A DNA stretch of 64,000 nt from Desulfobulbaceae bacterium (GTDB lineage: Bacteria; Desulfobacterota; Desulfobulbia; Desulfobulbales; SURF-16): positions 3,568 through 67,567 of the forward strand of contig JAQIBE010000263.1 in the NCBI GenBank assembly GCA_027859235.1, given 5' to 3'. The notes under the pieces are model-generated. The model made no database searches and was not told the origin of the DNA. It saw only the letters and a program-made list of their open reading frames with translations. Positions 38,823-47,089 of this stretch are shown here, piece after piece. Both the position numbers and the translations under genes were made by a program. Positions within the stretch are counted from its first letter, which is position 1. Every line of letters begins with the position of its first letter.

Positions 38823-40904
38823 TTATACTGTCCTACCCCTATTAGCAAGAAACCCGATATGTTGCTTACGATCAGGCTGCTTGAATGCTATTTCTGCCTT
38901 TAACCCCCGGATTATCAGCTCAGGCTTCAACTTCAATCCACTTATTCGGGCTTTCCTTACCACAACAGCAAAATCACCAGGGGTAAGAAATCGACATTTC
39001 TCTAGTTCGCATCGCCATTGTTTTTTATTTTCCAATTCCCCCCCTTCTTCTTCAAAAACAGCCACAAAGAGACTCCATGCCTGATCCGATTTTAGGTAAT
39101 CAAACTTTATTTTCAAATCAAAACGCCGGAGTGAAGCCTGATCAAAACAGTCCATCAAATTAGTGGAACACACAAAAACACCGTTATGCCTCTCTATTTG
39201 CGTTAACAGCTCATTAACCTGGGTTACTTCCCAAGTATGACGGGCTCCACTACGATCACGAAGAAAACTATCGGCTTCATCAAGCATTAACACAGCTTTC
39301 TCGTAGGTGGCCTCATAGAACATATTGGCAATGTTGGCTTCCGTCTGCCCGAGATACGGGCCAAGCAGATCAGAGCCTCTTTTGACCAATAATGGCCTGT
39401 CCAGTTCTTTAGCTAAATAGCGACCAAACTCAGTTTTCCCTGTGCCAGAAGCGCCATAGAGACAAAGCCGCCCTTCCCCCTGTCTTTGGAGCCCCTGGAC
39501 AATCCCATGTAAATCATGATCGGAATTGACCGCATCAAGGCAATATCTAACATGGGGCATCGCCTCAACAACTGGCTGCCGCGGATACCCCATAGCCATC
39601 AAAGTAGATTCCAGTAGAATTTCAAGCTTCTTTTCTACGTCTTGAGGGCTTTCCATTTTCTGGCACTGCACAACACCAACAGCTCTTGCAATGACTGCTG
39701 GTGCGATATTCTTATTATCAGCCAAAAGCTCCAACCAGTCTTGACTGACCGACAGACCCTCTAGGTAGCCAGTAAGAATCTCAAGCCTCGTTGACCGTGG
39801 AGGATGATCCAGATGGAGCGCAATATCAAAGCGTCGAACAAAAGCACTTTCCGCATGACGTATATCATTCGCAATCCAGATGGCCGGCACTTGGTTGTTT
39901 TCAAGACTGTTATTAATGCTCGCTTTTAGATTTAGAGCCCCTCCAAACCCCCTGTGAAACCCGGAGTTTTCCAACAAACTATCAATCTCATCAAAAAGAA
40001 GAATTGTATTTTTCTGTCTGGCCAATACCTGTTGTGCCAACTGAAATGCTCTCAGCCGCTGTGGTTCATCAAATGGTCGTTCTTCACCACCGATACTTAC
40101 TTCATACAGTTTGCAACCAATCGTCTTTGTGACCGTCTTTGCAAACTGGCTCTTTCCAGTACCAGGAGGGCCGTACACCAGGATATTTACCCCTTTTACA
40201 TGATGTTCGCAGGCGTGCTGAATATGCGCTTTAACCAAGGCAAAGTGATCGCCAACATGCCGATAATTGTTTTCATCCAATTCAGGATTACTAGCTGGGG
40301 TGAAGTAATACTCTAACAGGGTTTCGATAGTACCCTCAGGCTCCTGGAGTGCATTAGCTAATCCTTCCAACAACTCAAGGTGATCGTAGACCAGGTGCTG
40401 TGATCCACCCATGATGTTTCCAACCTTTAACAAGCCAGACTGACCCAGCAAACCCTGCCGGGAAAGTGCATCACAGACTTCTTGACGTGGAAGAGCAAGA
40501 ATGACCGAAAGTGCAAAGACAAGACGCTCTACATTCCCTTCCCCCAAGGTATTCATTATTTCCTGAAGCCCTACGTCCTCCTGCAGCACAACAGTGAACA
40601 CCAATATCTCCCTCTCTGCATTTTTCAGCCCAAGATACTCCGCAATCTTCTTGCCATTTCGGGCTAAATTCTCATTGAGTCCGGCCGGTTGTTTCTCAAA
40701 CTTCTCCCTCTGCTTCCTTAGCGTTTCGACAAATTCCTTTTTTGTCATCTCCTGATCAACAAGATGATCTAATCCAATAGGGGCAAGGATGTCTGGGTCA
40801 GAGGTAAAATTGTAATGTTTTCTCTGCAGCATTTTCCAACCTTTGAGCTCCATTAAAACTTTCAAAGCCCACAGAGAAACTTGATTCTTTTGTTTTTTAT
40901 TCAT
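38823..40904 (-). CDS. tandem AAA+ ATPase (two Walker A/B modules) with an N-terminal domain of about 230 aa of unknown function
   Basis: 693 aa. Module 1 is ILVYGPPGTGKSQFAKTV ... ILLFDEIDSL. Module 2 is LCLYGASGTGKTEFGRYLAKEL ... VLMLDEADSFL ... SLRRFD. Confidence 0.8.
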   Translation of the reverse strand: MNKKQKNQVSLWALKVLMELKGWKMLQRKHYNFTSDPDILAPIGLDHLVDQEMTKKEFVETLRKQREKFEKQPAGLNENLARNGKKIAEYLGLKNAEREILVFTVVLQEDVGLQEIMNTLGEGNVERLVFALSVILALPRQEVCDALSRQGLLGQSGLLKVGNIMGGSQHLVYDHLELLEGLANALQEPEGTIETLLEYYFTPASNPELDENNYRHVGDHFALVKAHIQHACEHHVKGVNILVYGPPGTGKSQFAKTVTKTIGCKLYEVSIGGEERPFDEPQRLRAFQLAQQVLARQKNTILLFDEIDSLLENSGFHRGFGGALNLKASINNSLENNQVPAIWIANDIRHAESAFVRRFDIALHLDHPPRSTRLEILTGYLEGLSVSQDWLELLADNKNIAPAVIARAVGVVQCQKMESPQDVEKKLEILLESTLMAMGYPRQPVVEAMPHVRYCLDAVNSDHDLHGIVQGLQRQGEGRLCLYGASGTGKTEFGRYLAKELDRPLLVKRGSDLLGPYLGQTEANIANMFYEATYEKAVLMLDEADSFLRDRSGARHTWEVTQVNELLTQIERHNGVFVCSTNLMDCFDQASLRRFDLKIKFDYLKSDQAWSLFVAVFEEEGGELENKKQWRCELEKCRFLTPGDFAVVVRKARISGLKLKPELIIRGLKAEIAFKQPDRKQHIGFLANRGRTV

Positions 40905-41035
40905 GATGAATACCGTCCTATTTTACATATTATATTTGGCAAGATTTTCGCGACTATCATATTCAGGGCTTGATTGAACGCATGACTGCCGTACTCAGTT
41001 TGCGTTTTTGGCAACCCACAAGTCACAACAGTCTG

Positions 41036-41224
41036 TCAAAATCCACATTGCGAGCAGATGATTTTCAATTCTTTCCCGTTATAGATAATCACATCATTGC
41101 CAAGAAAATGGCCGAAGGTGACATGATGCCCACAATCAAGTTGGAACTTCTGATTTTGTAATGATTGAAGATACGACCGCAACACCTCTACATCCTGGTA
41201 TTCGGCCTTTTGCTTGCTAGTCAT
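41036..41224 (-). CDS. small hypothetical protein with possible Zn-ribbon ligands
   Basis: 62 aa. It has DCGHH ... CSQCGF at the C-terminus and overlaps the upstream gene by 8 nt. The stop is TGA. Confidence 0.45.
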   Translation of the reverse strand: MTSKQKAEYQDVEVLRSYLQSLQNQKFQLDCGHHVTFGHFLGNDVIIYNGKELKIICSQCGF

Positions 41225-41747
41225 TTGGTCTCAAAAAGAAGGTTTGAGATGGATAGATAAGTACCGGCGTCTCAGAGTTGAGCTCCGTTGTTGAACAGTG
41301 CCTACGGTTAACAACTTTGCGACCATCAGAATCATTGAGAATCATCTGCTTAGAGGTGATTTCCTTCACCACAGTCCAGTGCCCCCATTTACTGGTTTCG
41401 ATGACTATGATGACTGATCGTGGCTCATCTGAATTCAAAAAACCAGTAAGCGTATCCCAATACTCGTCAATAGACACCTTTGCCCTTCGGTGGAATGGTT
41501 TTGTTCGGATCAGGTCATATTGAGGGCAAATGATGTCCCTGAGGATAATAGAGAGATCAACTACGGAGATTCCGGTTGTGATGTAAACTGAGGCAGGCTT
41601 TTTCTTCTCAAGGGTCAAAACAGCTTCATAGAGCAGATCACTCCCTTCATTGTGGCTTATCCTTACTATGAGTTTAAGGGCATTAATCACAGCGTATATA
41701 CCACAAAGACCGTCAAGCTGACCTTGCCTAAAGGGCTCCCGCTTCAT
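41217..41747 (-). CDS. putative papain-fold (C39/BtrH-like) cysteine peptidase
   Basis: The ATG at 41747 overlaps the DUF2958 TGA as ATGA. The longer track start at 41810 would overlap that gene by 67 nt. The motifs Q-x6-C (QGQLDGLCGIYAVINAL), a later GHWTVV and NDSDG fit a Gln/Cys/His/Asp(Asn) arrangement. Confidence 0.5.
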   Translation of the reverse strand: MKREPFRQGQLDGLCGIYAVINALKLIVRISHNEGSDLLYEAVLTLEKKKPASVYITTGISVVDLSIILRDIICPQYDLIRTKPFHRRAKVSIDEYWDTLTGFLNSDEPRSVIIVIETSKWGHWTVVKEITSKQMILNDSDGRKVVNRRHCSTTELNSETPVLIYPSQTFFLRPND

Positions 41748-42064
41748 TTGAAAATAATCCCTGGAATATCTTTGGCAGGTCGTACTTTCCAAAATTCTTC
41801 CAACTCGCAATCTACTTCAAGAAAGCCAGCCTTAAGCTCCTTTAGTTCAGAAAAAGATACGTAACCCCACTCCGCATTAAAATAGTCACTATTCAAAATG
41901 GCATAACCAAAAAACAAGTCATTGCCGTCATATTCCGCAATGTACCAATCACAACCACCTATGAAAAAATGTAAATAAATGAGCTTATATCCAAGCTCAA
42001 TATCCTCCGTCGCGTATAACTTTGGGATCTGGGCAAGCCGGTCTTTAGTTGGTTCATTCCACAT
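41744..42064 (-). CDS. DUF2958 domain protein
   Basis: 106 aa. IPKLYATED...LHFFIGGCDWYIAEYDGNDLFFGYA...EWGYVSFSELKEL matches my recollection of DUF2958, which is common on plasmids and ICEs. AAGGAG lies upstream. Confidence 0.7.
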   Translation of the reverse strand: MWNEPTKDRLAQIPKLYATEDIELGYKLIYLHFFIGGCDWYIAEYDGNDLFFGYAILNSDYFNAEWGYVSFSELKELKAGFLEVDCELEEFWKVRPAKDIPGIIFK

Positions 42065-42087
42065 GGTTTTCTCCTTTAAAAATGATT

Positions 42088-42116
42088 AAGTAAAAAATCG
42101 ACACAGTGTCGATTTC
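42088..42116 (-). terminator. rho-independent terminator downstream of the recombinase gene
   Basis: The minus strand reads AAATCGACAC-t-GTGTCGATTT followed by TTTT. A second hairpin, GAGGCCGTCTCA..TGAGATGGCCTC, lies at 42127-42156. Confidence 0.65.
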
Positions 42117-42184
42117 CACAACGTAAAGAGGCCATCTCAAATCAATGAGACGGCCTCGGGTGAAACATTATTTTCGTTTACGCT

Positions 42185-42820
42185 CTACTCTATCAACATG
42201 TTAGCGAGAGATTGATTAAGTTCAGGTAAGACATTAGCATACAAGGCTGTCATATTAAGGCTGGCGTGACCCAGTTGTTTCTGGACAAAGCGTAGATTAC
42301 TTGTCTTCGCCAGAAGCAACGTGGCATAGGTATGCCGGGAGCTATGAATCGAGTAGTGAAGTGGAAGGTTTGCTGCTGCCACTGCCTTCTTGAAACTTAT
42401 TTCAAGGGCTGTGGTTGTGTAGTGGCGACCTGATCTACCAGCAAACAGTGGTGAGTCTTGACTAGCAGACTCCTGCCAGGCTCTTTTATGTGCAATATAT
42501 TGTCTTAGGTGACTAGCAATCTCTTGATCAAGGTAGACATCCCTTTTCTTTCCATGAGCGCCACGCCCCTTCCCGTGCCTGACTATCAGATAGTTATCTT
42601 CACCATTAACGAGGTGCAAATCACTCATCTTGAGAGCCGCTATTTCTGATACCCGTAACCCTGAATTAAGGGCCAAGTGAACAAGCATATACCGGGTCAC
42701 CCAAGTCTTACGGCCACACTTGGCATCCTGAGCCGCATTATATGCGCAGATAGCAAGTAGGCGTGAGACCTCGTGAACCGACAGAAACTTGTCACGGGTA
42801 ATGGAGTACCCGTTTCGCAT
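42185..42820 (-). CDS. tyrosine recombinase/integrase, catalytic domain only
   Basis: 211 aa with GLRVSE (Arg), HSSRHTYATLLL (H-x-x-R), LGHASLNMTALYANV (His, Tyr). No N-terminal SAM-like DNA-binding domain is present. Confidence 0.85.
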   Translation of the reverse strand: MRNGYSITRDKFLSVHEVSRLLAICAYNAAQDAKCGRKTWVTRYMLVHLALNSGLRVSEIAALKMSDLHLVNGEDNYLIVRHGKGRGAHGKKRDVYLDQEIASHLRQYIAHKRAWQESASQDSPLFAGRSGRHYTTTALEISFKKAVAAANLPLHYSIHSSRHTYATLLLAKTSNLRFVQKQLGHASLNMTALYANVLPELNQSLANMLIE

Positions 42821-43520
42821 CGGTTTACCTCTAATTGTGTTTTGTGGGATTACTACAGATAGATTTTCTGGTCATGACAACCAACCAAATCAATTTGGTA
42901 TTATAACATATTTTGCAAAAAATGTCAATAACTAATTGATTTAACGTCCTTATTGCTACTTGAGGTTGTCGCAGAATTGGCAAGCATTACAAAATAGCTG
43001 TATTCTGATAGATGACCTAAATATTTTTTTTTGCAAATCTTCCTGGCTTATATCCTGATGCAACCTGTGGTTAAATTGGCAGCGTAATAATCAGTATATA
43101 TTCAACTTAAAAAAACGTAGGATGCTGTTCAAACGAGAGGAGCCAGCTCTTTAATGAGTAGCATGGCTAAACGGAGTTGCTTAGATCTGACTGGGCAAAT
43201 ATCAGAATCAGGCTTTATTAAATCCGAAATCTGACATTATCAGGAAGCATCTCAACTTGCAGTTTTGCTTAAATTGTTATGATTGCCAATGCATTATTTA
43301 GCTATGGTTCAAATTAGAAGAAATTAAAGTATGGTGTTCCCGATCTGCTTGTGTTTGAAATATAATTAACAAATTGGAACAACATTTTCAATTAATGACC
43401 TGTCCAGTTTCCCAAAACACCTCTTGTCGCTAAGTTCAAGGTTGGCAAAAAAAACTGGGCGAAAGGGTAAAATGTCCTTGGGGAAAGAAGGCGAGACTTC
43501 AGTGCTTTACCAAAAAGAAA

Positions 43521-43612
43521 TGGAGCGGGCGACGGGATTCGAACCCGCACTAATGGGGTGGCGCCCCGAACAGGCTCTGAAGGCCTGCGTGCTACCGTTA
43601 CACTACGCCCGC
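43521..43612 (-). tRNA. non-Sec tRNA with anticodon UCA (UGA-reading), glycine-type acceptor stem/discriminator, long variable arm
   Basis: Reverse complement reads GCGGGCG-TA-GTGT-AACGGTA-GCAC-G-CAGGC-CTTCAGA-GCCTG-TTCGGGGCGCCACCCCATTAGT-GCGGG-TTCGAAT-CCCGT-CGCCCGC-T-CCA. It is 92 nt with 7/5 acceptor/T stems, U33-U34C35A36, G1:C72 C2:G71 G3:C70 and U73. Confidence 0.8.
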
Positions 43613-43672
43613 TCAAAAAGTTACTTATAGTTTGTTTACTCTGAAATATCAATATCTGCTGGAGGTTCTTTA

Positions 43673-44374
43673 TTGGCTAGGAAACTAAAACATATCGTCT
43701 TTCCTTTGAAGGCATTTTTAGATACCAGGCGAACCTTCAAGCTTCCTGGAGCTCAAGAGGGGGCAGGATTATCACCACTTCTTGAAATCAGAAAGCGACG
43801 TGGCGAAGCACTGCTTGTGGAAGCTTTTTTTAATTTTATGGAGGCGGCAAATGTAGCTGACCCATCTCGTCAATTAGAGTTGTGGGACACTCTGATTTCT
43901 AAGGGTGGCTATATCCTTGACTTGGCTCAGCGTATTGGCTTAATGAACTGTTTTACGACTTTGCCAACAAAAAAACCTGAGCAAGCAGCCTATGTTGCCT
44001 GGTGTATTTTTTTAGACAGCTTGCGCCGAGAAAATGATACAAATCTGAAAAATATAGCAACCAAAAGTTTATTCAAACATTATTTCATCGGCCTATACCC
44101 AGAAAAAAATATCAAAAAGAAAGAGAACCTTCTCACCCTGCGCCGTCGACTCGAGGGCAAGTTGCGCAGGCATTGGGGGCTGAATATGGAGTTAAAAGAA
44201 TCTTTCACAACAGAGAATGATAGCTGTGAGTTTTCAATACGTATAAAACCTTATGAAGAACCGCAGCAAACATTAATTACTCATACAGGAACGAGGCTGA
44301 AACCGACAAAGATTGAAGCTTACAACTTTTTACTGAAGGGTATCTCGGAGGGAATGTATAGACCCGAGAAGTAG
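43673..44374 (+). CDS. hypothetical protein
   Basis: 233 aa. A TTG start has GGAGG 8 nt upstream and the stop is TAG. I recognise no motif. It lies between the tRNA(UCA) and the recoded ORF. Confidence 0.5.
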   Translation: MARKLKHIVFPLKAFLDTRRTFKLPGAQEGAGLSPLLEIRKRRGEALLVEAFFNFMEAANVADPSRQLELWDTLISKGGYILDLAQRIGLMNCFTTLPTKKPEQAAYVAWCIFLDSLRRENDTNLKNIATKSLFKHYFIGLYPEKNIKKKENLLTLRRRLEGKLRRHWGLNMELKESFTTENDSCEFSIRIKPYEEPQQTLITHTGTRLKPTKIEAYNFLLKGISEGMYRPEK

Positions 44375-44953
44375 AGCTGCCTGAGGTCGTCAGTTTTCAG
44401 CTCGGCTCGACAAGTAATCATTGAATATGCTTTTCTGTAACCTTCGCACCAGGTTAGTTTGTGAGCCGATGTTATAGCTGAGTGTTAATCTCATGGGTAA
44501 TATTTGGGGGGGGCGGTCCTAACTATTGAAAATTATTTAGAATAACCCCCTTTTTTTGTTGACCTTATTTTGTGCATCTATTAGTTATAACCTCAAGATA
44601 ATTTAGAGGTTTTTAAAAAGAAGTCATGTAGCTAAATTATAATGTAACAGTTTCTCACCTGCTTGTCAGTTGGTAGACCTGGCTCATCACCAGTCATCGC
44701 CAACAGGGACAGCACTCTCCGATTAGAACGGACTGTAATAGGTGTCGCAAACAAAGTTATGAGTAGGTAGTTGTCGAGATTCGATACCTGGGTAACTGGG
44801 ATGCATATCGTCAGGTAAGTGACTACATGCTTAAAACAATAAAGATGGTTGCGATATCCAGTTGACGCGTTTGAAGGGAGTAAGCGATAGTAGCTCTGAT
44901 TAATTTGTATATTATATACCCTGCATTTCTTGAGTTAATAGTTAAGGATATTT

Positions 44954-47056
44954 ATGAGTAAACATACAGATCAGAAGAACTCTTCGTCATTTGACGATTG
45001 ATTGCATAACCCCAAAAATATTTTAGAAAAACATAGCTGAAGAAAAGTATATTTAATTTCAGCCCTCACTGCATTATTCATAGCGTCTCCAGCTTTAACA
45101 TTTTCAGCAGGAGATGATCTTGTCAGATCTGACGACCCCATATCATTAAACTCTGAAGAGACAGGGACTCGGTGACGTTTGGCCCATGAGTTTACCCTGA
45201 AATCAGATGCCACGACCAGACTTTGGTTAACGCCTGAATATAGCGACCTGACCAAGTTTAGTGTACGCGCAGGTCTGGCATACATGTTTACCAATAACCT
45301 TGGTGCAGGACTTCTAGGGTCCCTTGGTGAAGATAAAAATGAAATCCTGGTAAATGCTGGTTGGCAGTTGGCGGATAATCACCGTTTTGTGGCTACCTTT
45401 AGCCATCTTCAGCAAAATTTAGAGTTTAACTTTGTCTCAGGTGAAGACGAAGCAGAGATCACCCAGAATAGTGGGGGGTTGAGTTATCAATACCTCGTTG
45501 CCAAAGGCATCCTCAATACCGTTGAGTTAAACGCCTATCTTGCCGACACCGGCAGCGAAAAGCTTACCGACAAGACATATGGCATTGATACCGCAACCAT
45601 ATTCGAACTATGGAACGATCCTCGTCGTATTGCCGGGGGTAAAGTTACAGGTATACAGAGTAAGATCACCCTTCTTCCATTTTCTGGGACGATCTTGACA
45701 CTAGGCGCCGGTATGGAAGAGTTGGAGTATGACTATCTTGCTGGAGCAGATAAAACCAGTAGGGCGACGGGTGAGGTTGAATTAACCCAAGAACTACCTG
45801 GCAACTTTCTTCTCGATGCCTGATTTTCAACCATGGCCGCGATGGATACTTGTAACATTGGTCTCGCCAAGGATTTCTCTGGTCATCAACTTGGCATAGG
45901 TTATACCAATATTCAAGGTCGAGATGGCGTTTTGAACGATAATCAATATACTCTTTCATACAGCTATACTTTCGGAAGTAGCCAAAACACTTCAACCACA
46001 AGCGGTAGAGACACGCTAGCAACAGCTTGAAGTCCTGATAAAGAACCTGCTAACCCTTGGTCAAGCTCCCTGCTTAATCAAATCGCCAAACGCCCCAGTT
46101 TTCTGCCATCTCAAGTTGTTGCCAAAGTCGACACGACTGTTGAACAGGAACGACTTATCGCCATTGACAAAACAGGCATGTCAACCGGAGCAACCATTGA
46201 TTCCGATACTGGTATTATAACCGTCCCTCTAGGTGTTGCCGTTACCACTATAGCCTGAATTACCCTTGATGGTGGTCCATTCACCAATACGGGTCAATTC
46301 AGCTTGACTAGTGATGATATCATTATCAATCCTGATCTCATCACTGAACCTGCTGTCTGAGATACGGACCTGTATGTTGTCACTGTCAACAATTCTGGCG
46401 GTGGTACAACAGTAGTTTCAATTACCGTTAGCCACGGTTCGGTACAGATTGACAATATCACTGTGACAAGTTGAGATGCGTCACTAAACATCACAAGTGT
46501 TGCATTCTTCTGAGCTATACCGAATCAAACAAACGCTTCATATAATAATCTTATATTAAAGACTAACGTAGATATCAAATCTATTGATTCGATAGTTGCA
46601 TCTTTAGGTTGAGCAGTAACTATTACCTGAATCAGCGGAGACCAGGTTTCATTCAACTGGACAGGAACACCAACAACATGAGCTAACACATTCACCCTAA
46701 TAGCAACAGCCAACAACGACCAAGAAACAACAACTTCAACAACAGTTACAATGGAAACTCCTAACATAGTTCCAACTTTAAATTCAGTTTCTGTTTCATG
46801 AACTACATTAATTAGTGCTTGAGGTGATAATTATACTATTGTTCAACTTACTGATGAAGATATTACCTTTACTGCTAATTGAACCGATGCAGATTGAGAT
46901 AATTTGAAAATAGTGATTAACTGAACAATATATAATTGAACTTCAGAAACTATTACTTTAAATTTAGCTCAAGGTGAAATAGTACAATTTTATATTAAAG
47001 AGTTTGATTGAACTGATTATAGTAATGAAATATTGGTACAAATTGCATGAAGATAA
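44954..47056 (+). CDS. putative secreted outer-membrane-anchored adhesin (signal peptide, beta-barrel-like region, Ig-like repeats), translatable only with TGA as a sense codon
   Basis: The ATG at 44954 follows AAGGA. The frame has 701 codons to the TAA at 47054, with 20 in-frame TGA and no TAA or TAG (hand-translated). Track ORFs 45179..45823 and 45833..46030 are same-frame pieces of it. The signal peptide KVYLISALTALFIASPALTFSA lies between TGA number 2 and number 3. Confidence 0.6.
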
Positions 47057-47063
47057 AAAAAAT

Positions 47064-47089
47064 GAGATTAAATCTCGTTTTTTTTTTTT
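47064..47089 (+). terminator. AT-rich hairpin plus T12 tract after the recoded ORF
   Basis: GAGAT-taa-ATCTC is followed by GTTTTTTTTTTTT and preceded by an A8 tract, so it may act in both directions. Confidence 0.5.

Noticed and set aside
43521-43612. The tRNA(UCA) could be a second selC (tRNA-Sec) copy.
   Set aside because: It has a 7-bp acceptor and a 5-bp T stem, a 4-bp D stem with a 7-nt loop, and U73. The bacterial tRNA-Sec pattern is 8/5, a long D stem and G73, and the true selC at 2272-2369 has G73. The track ORFs covering this span (43392..43652 on the minus strand, 43424..43630 on the plus strand) are artefacts of the tRNA sequence.
44971-46767. Minus-strand track ORFs 44971..45294, 45666..46022, 46294..46494 and 46525..46767.
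   Set aside because: They are antisense shadows of the recoded plus-strand frame. They have no RBS or motifs and show low-complexity translations.
44954-47056. The interrupted ORF could be a decaying pseudogene.
   Set aside because: Decay should introduce TAA, TAG and frameshifts as well. Here one frame stays intact for 701 codons in AT-rich DNA, and every interruption is TGA. A matching UCA tRNA sits 1.3 kb away. I still cannot exclude assembly chimerism without reads.
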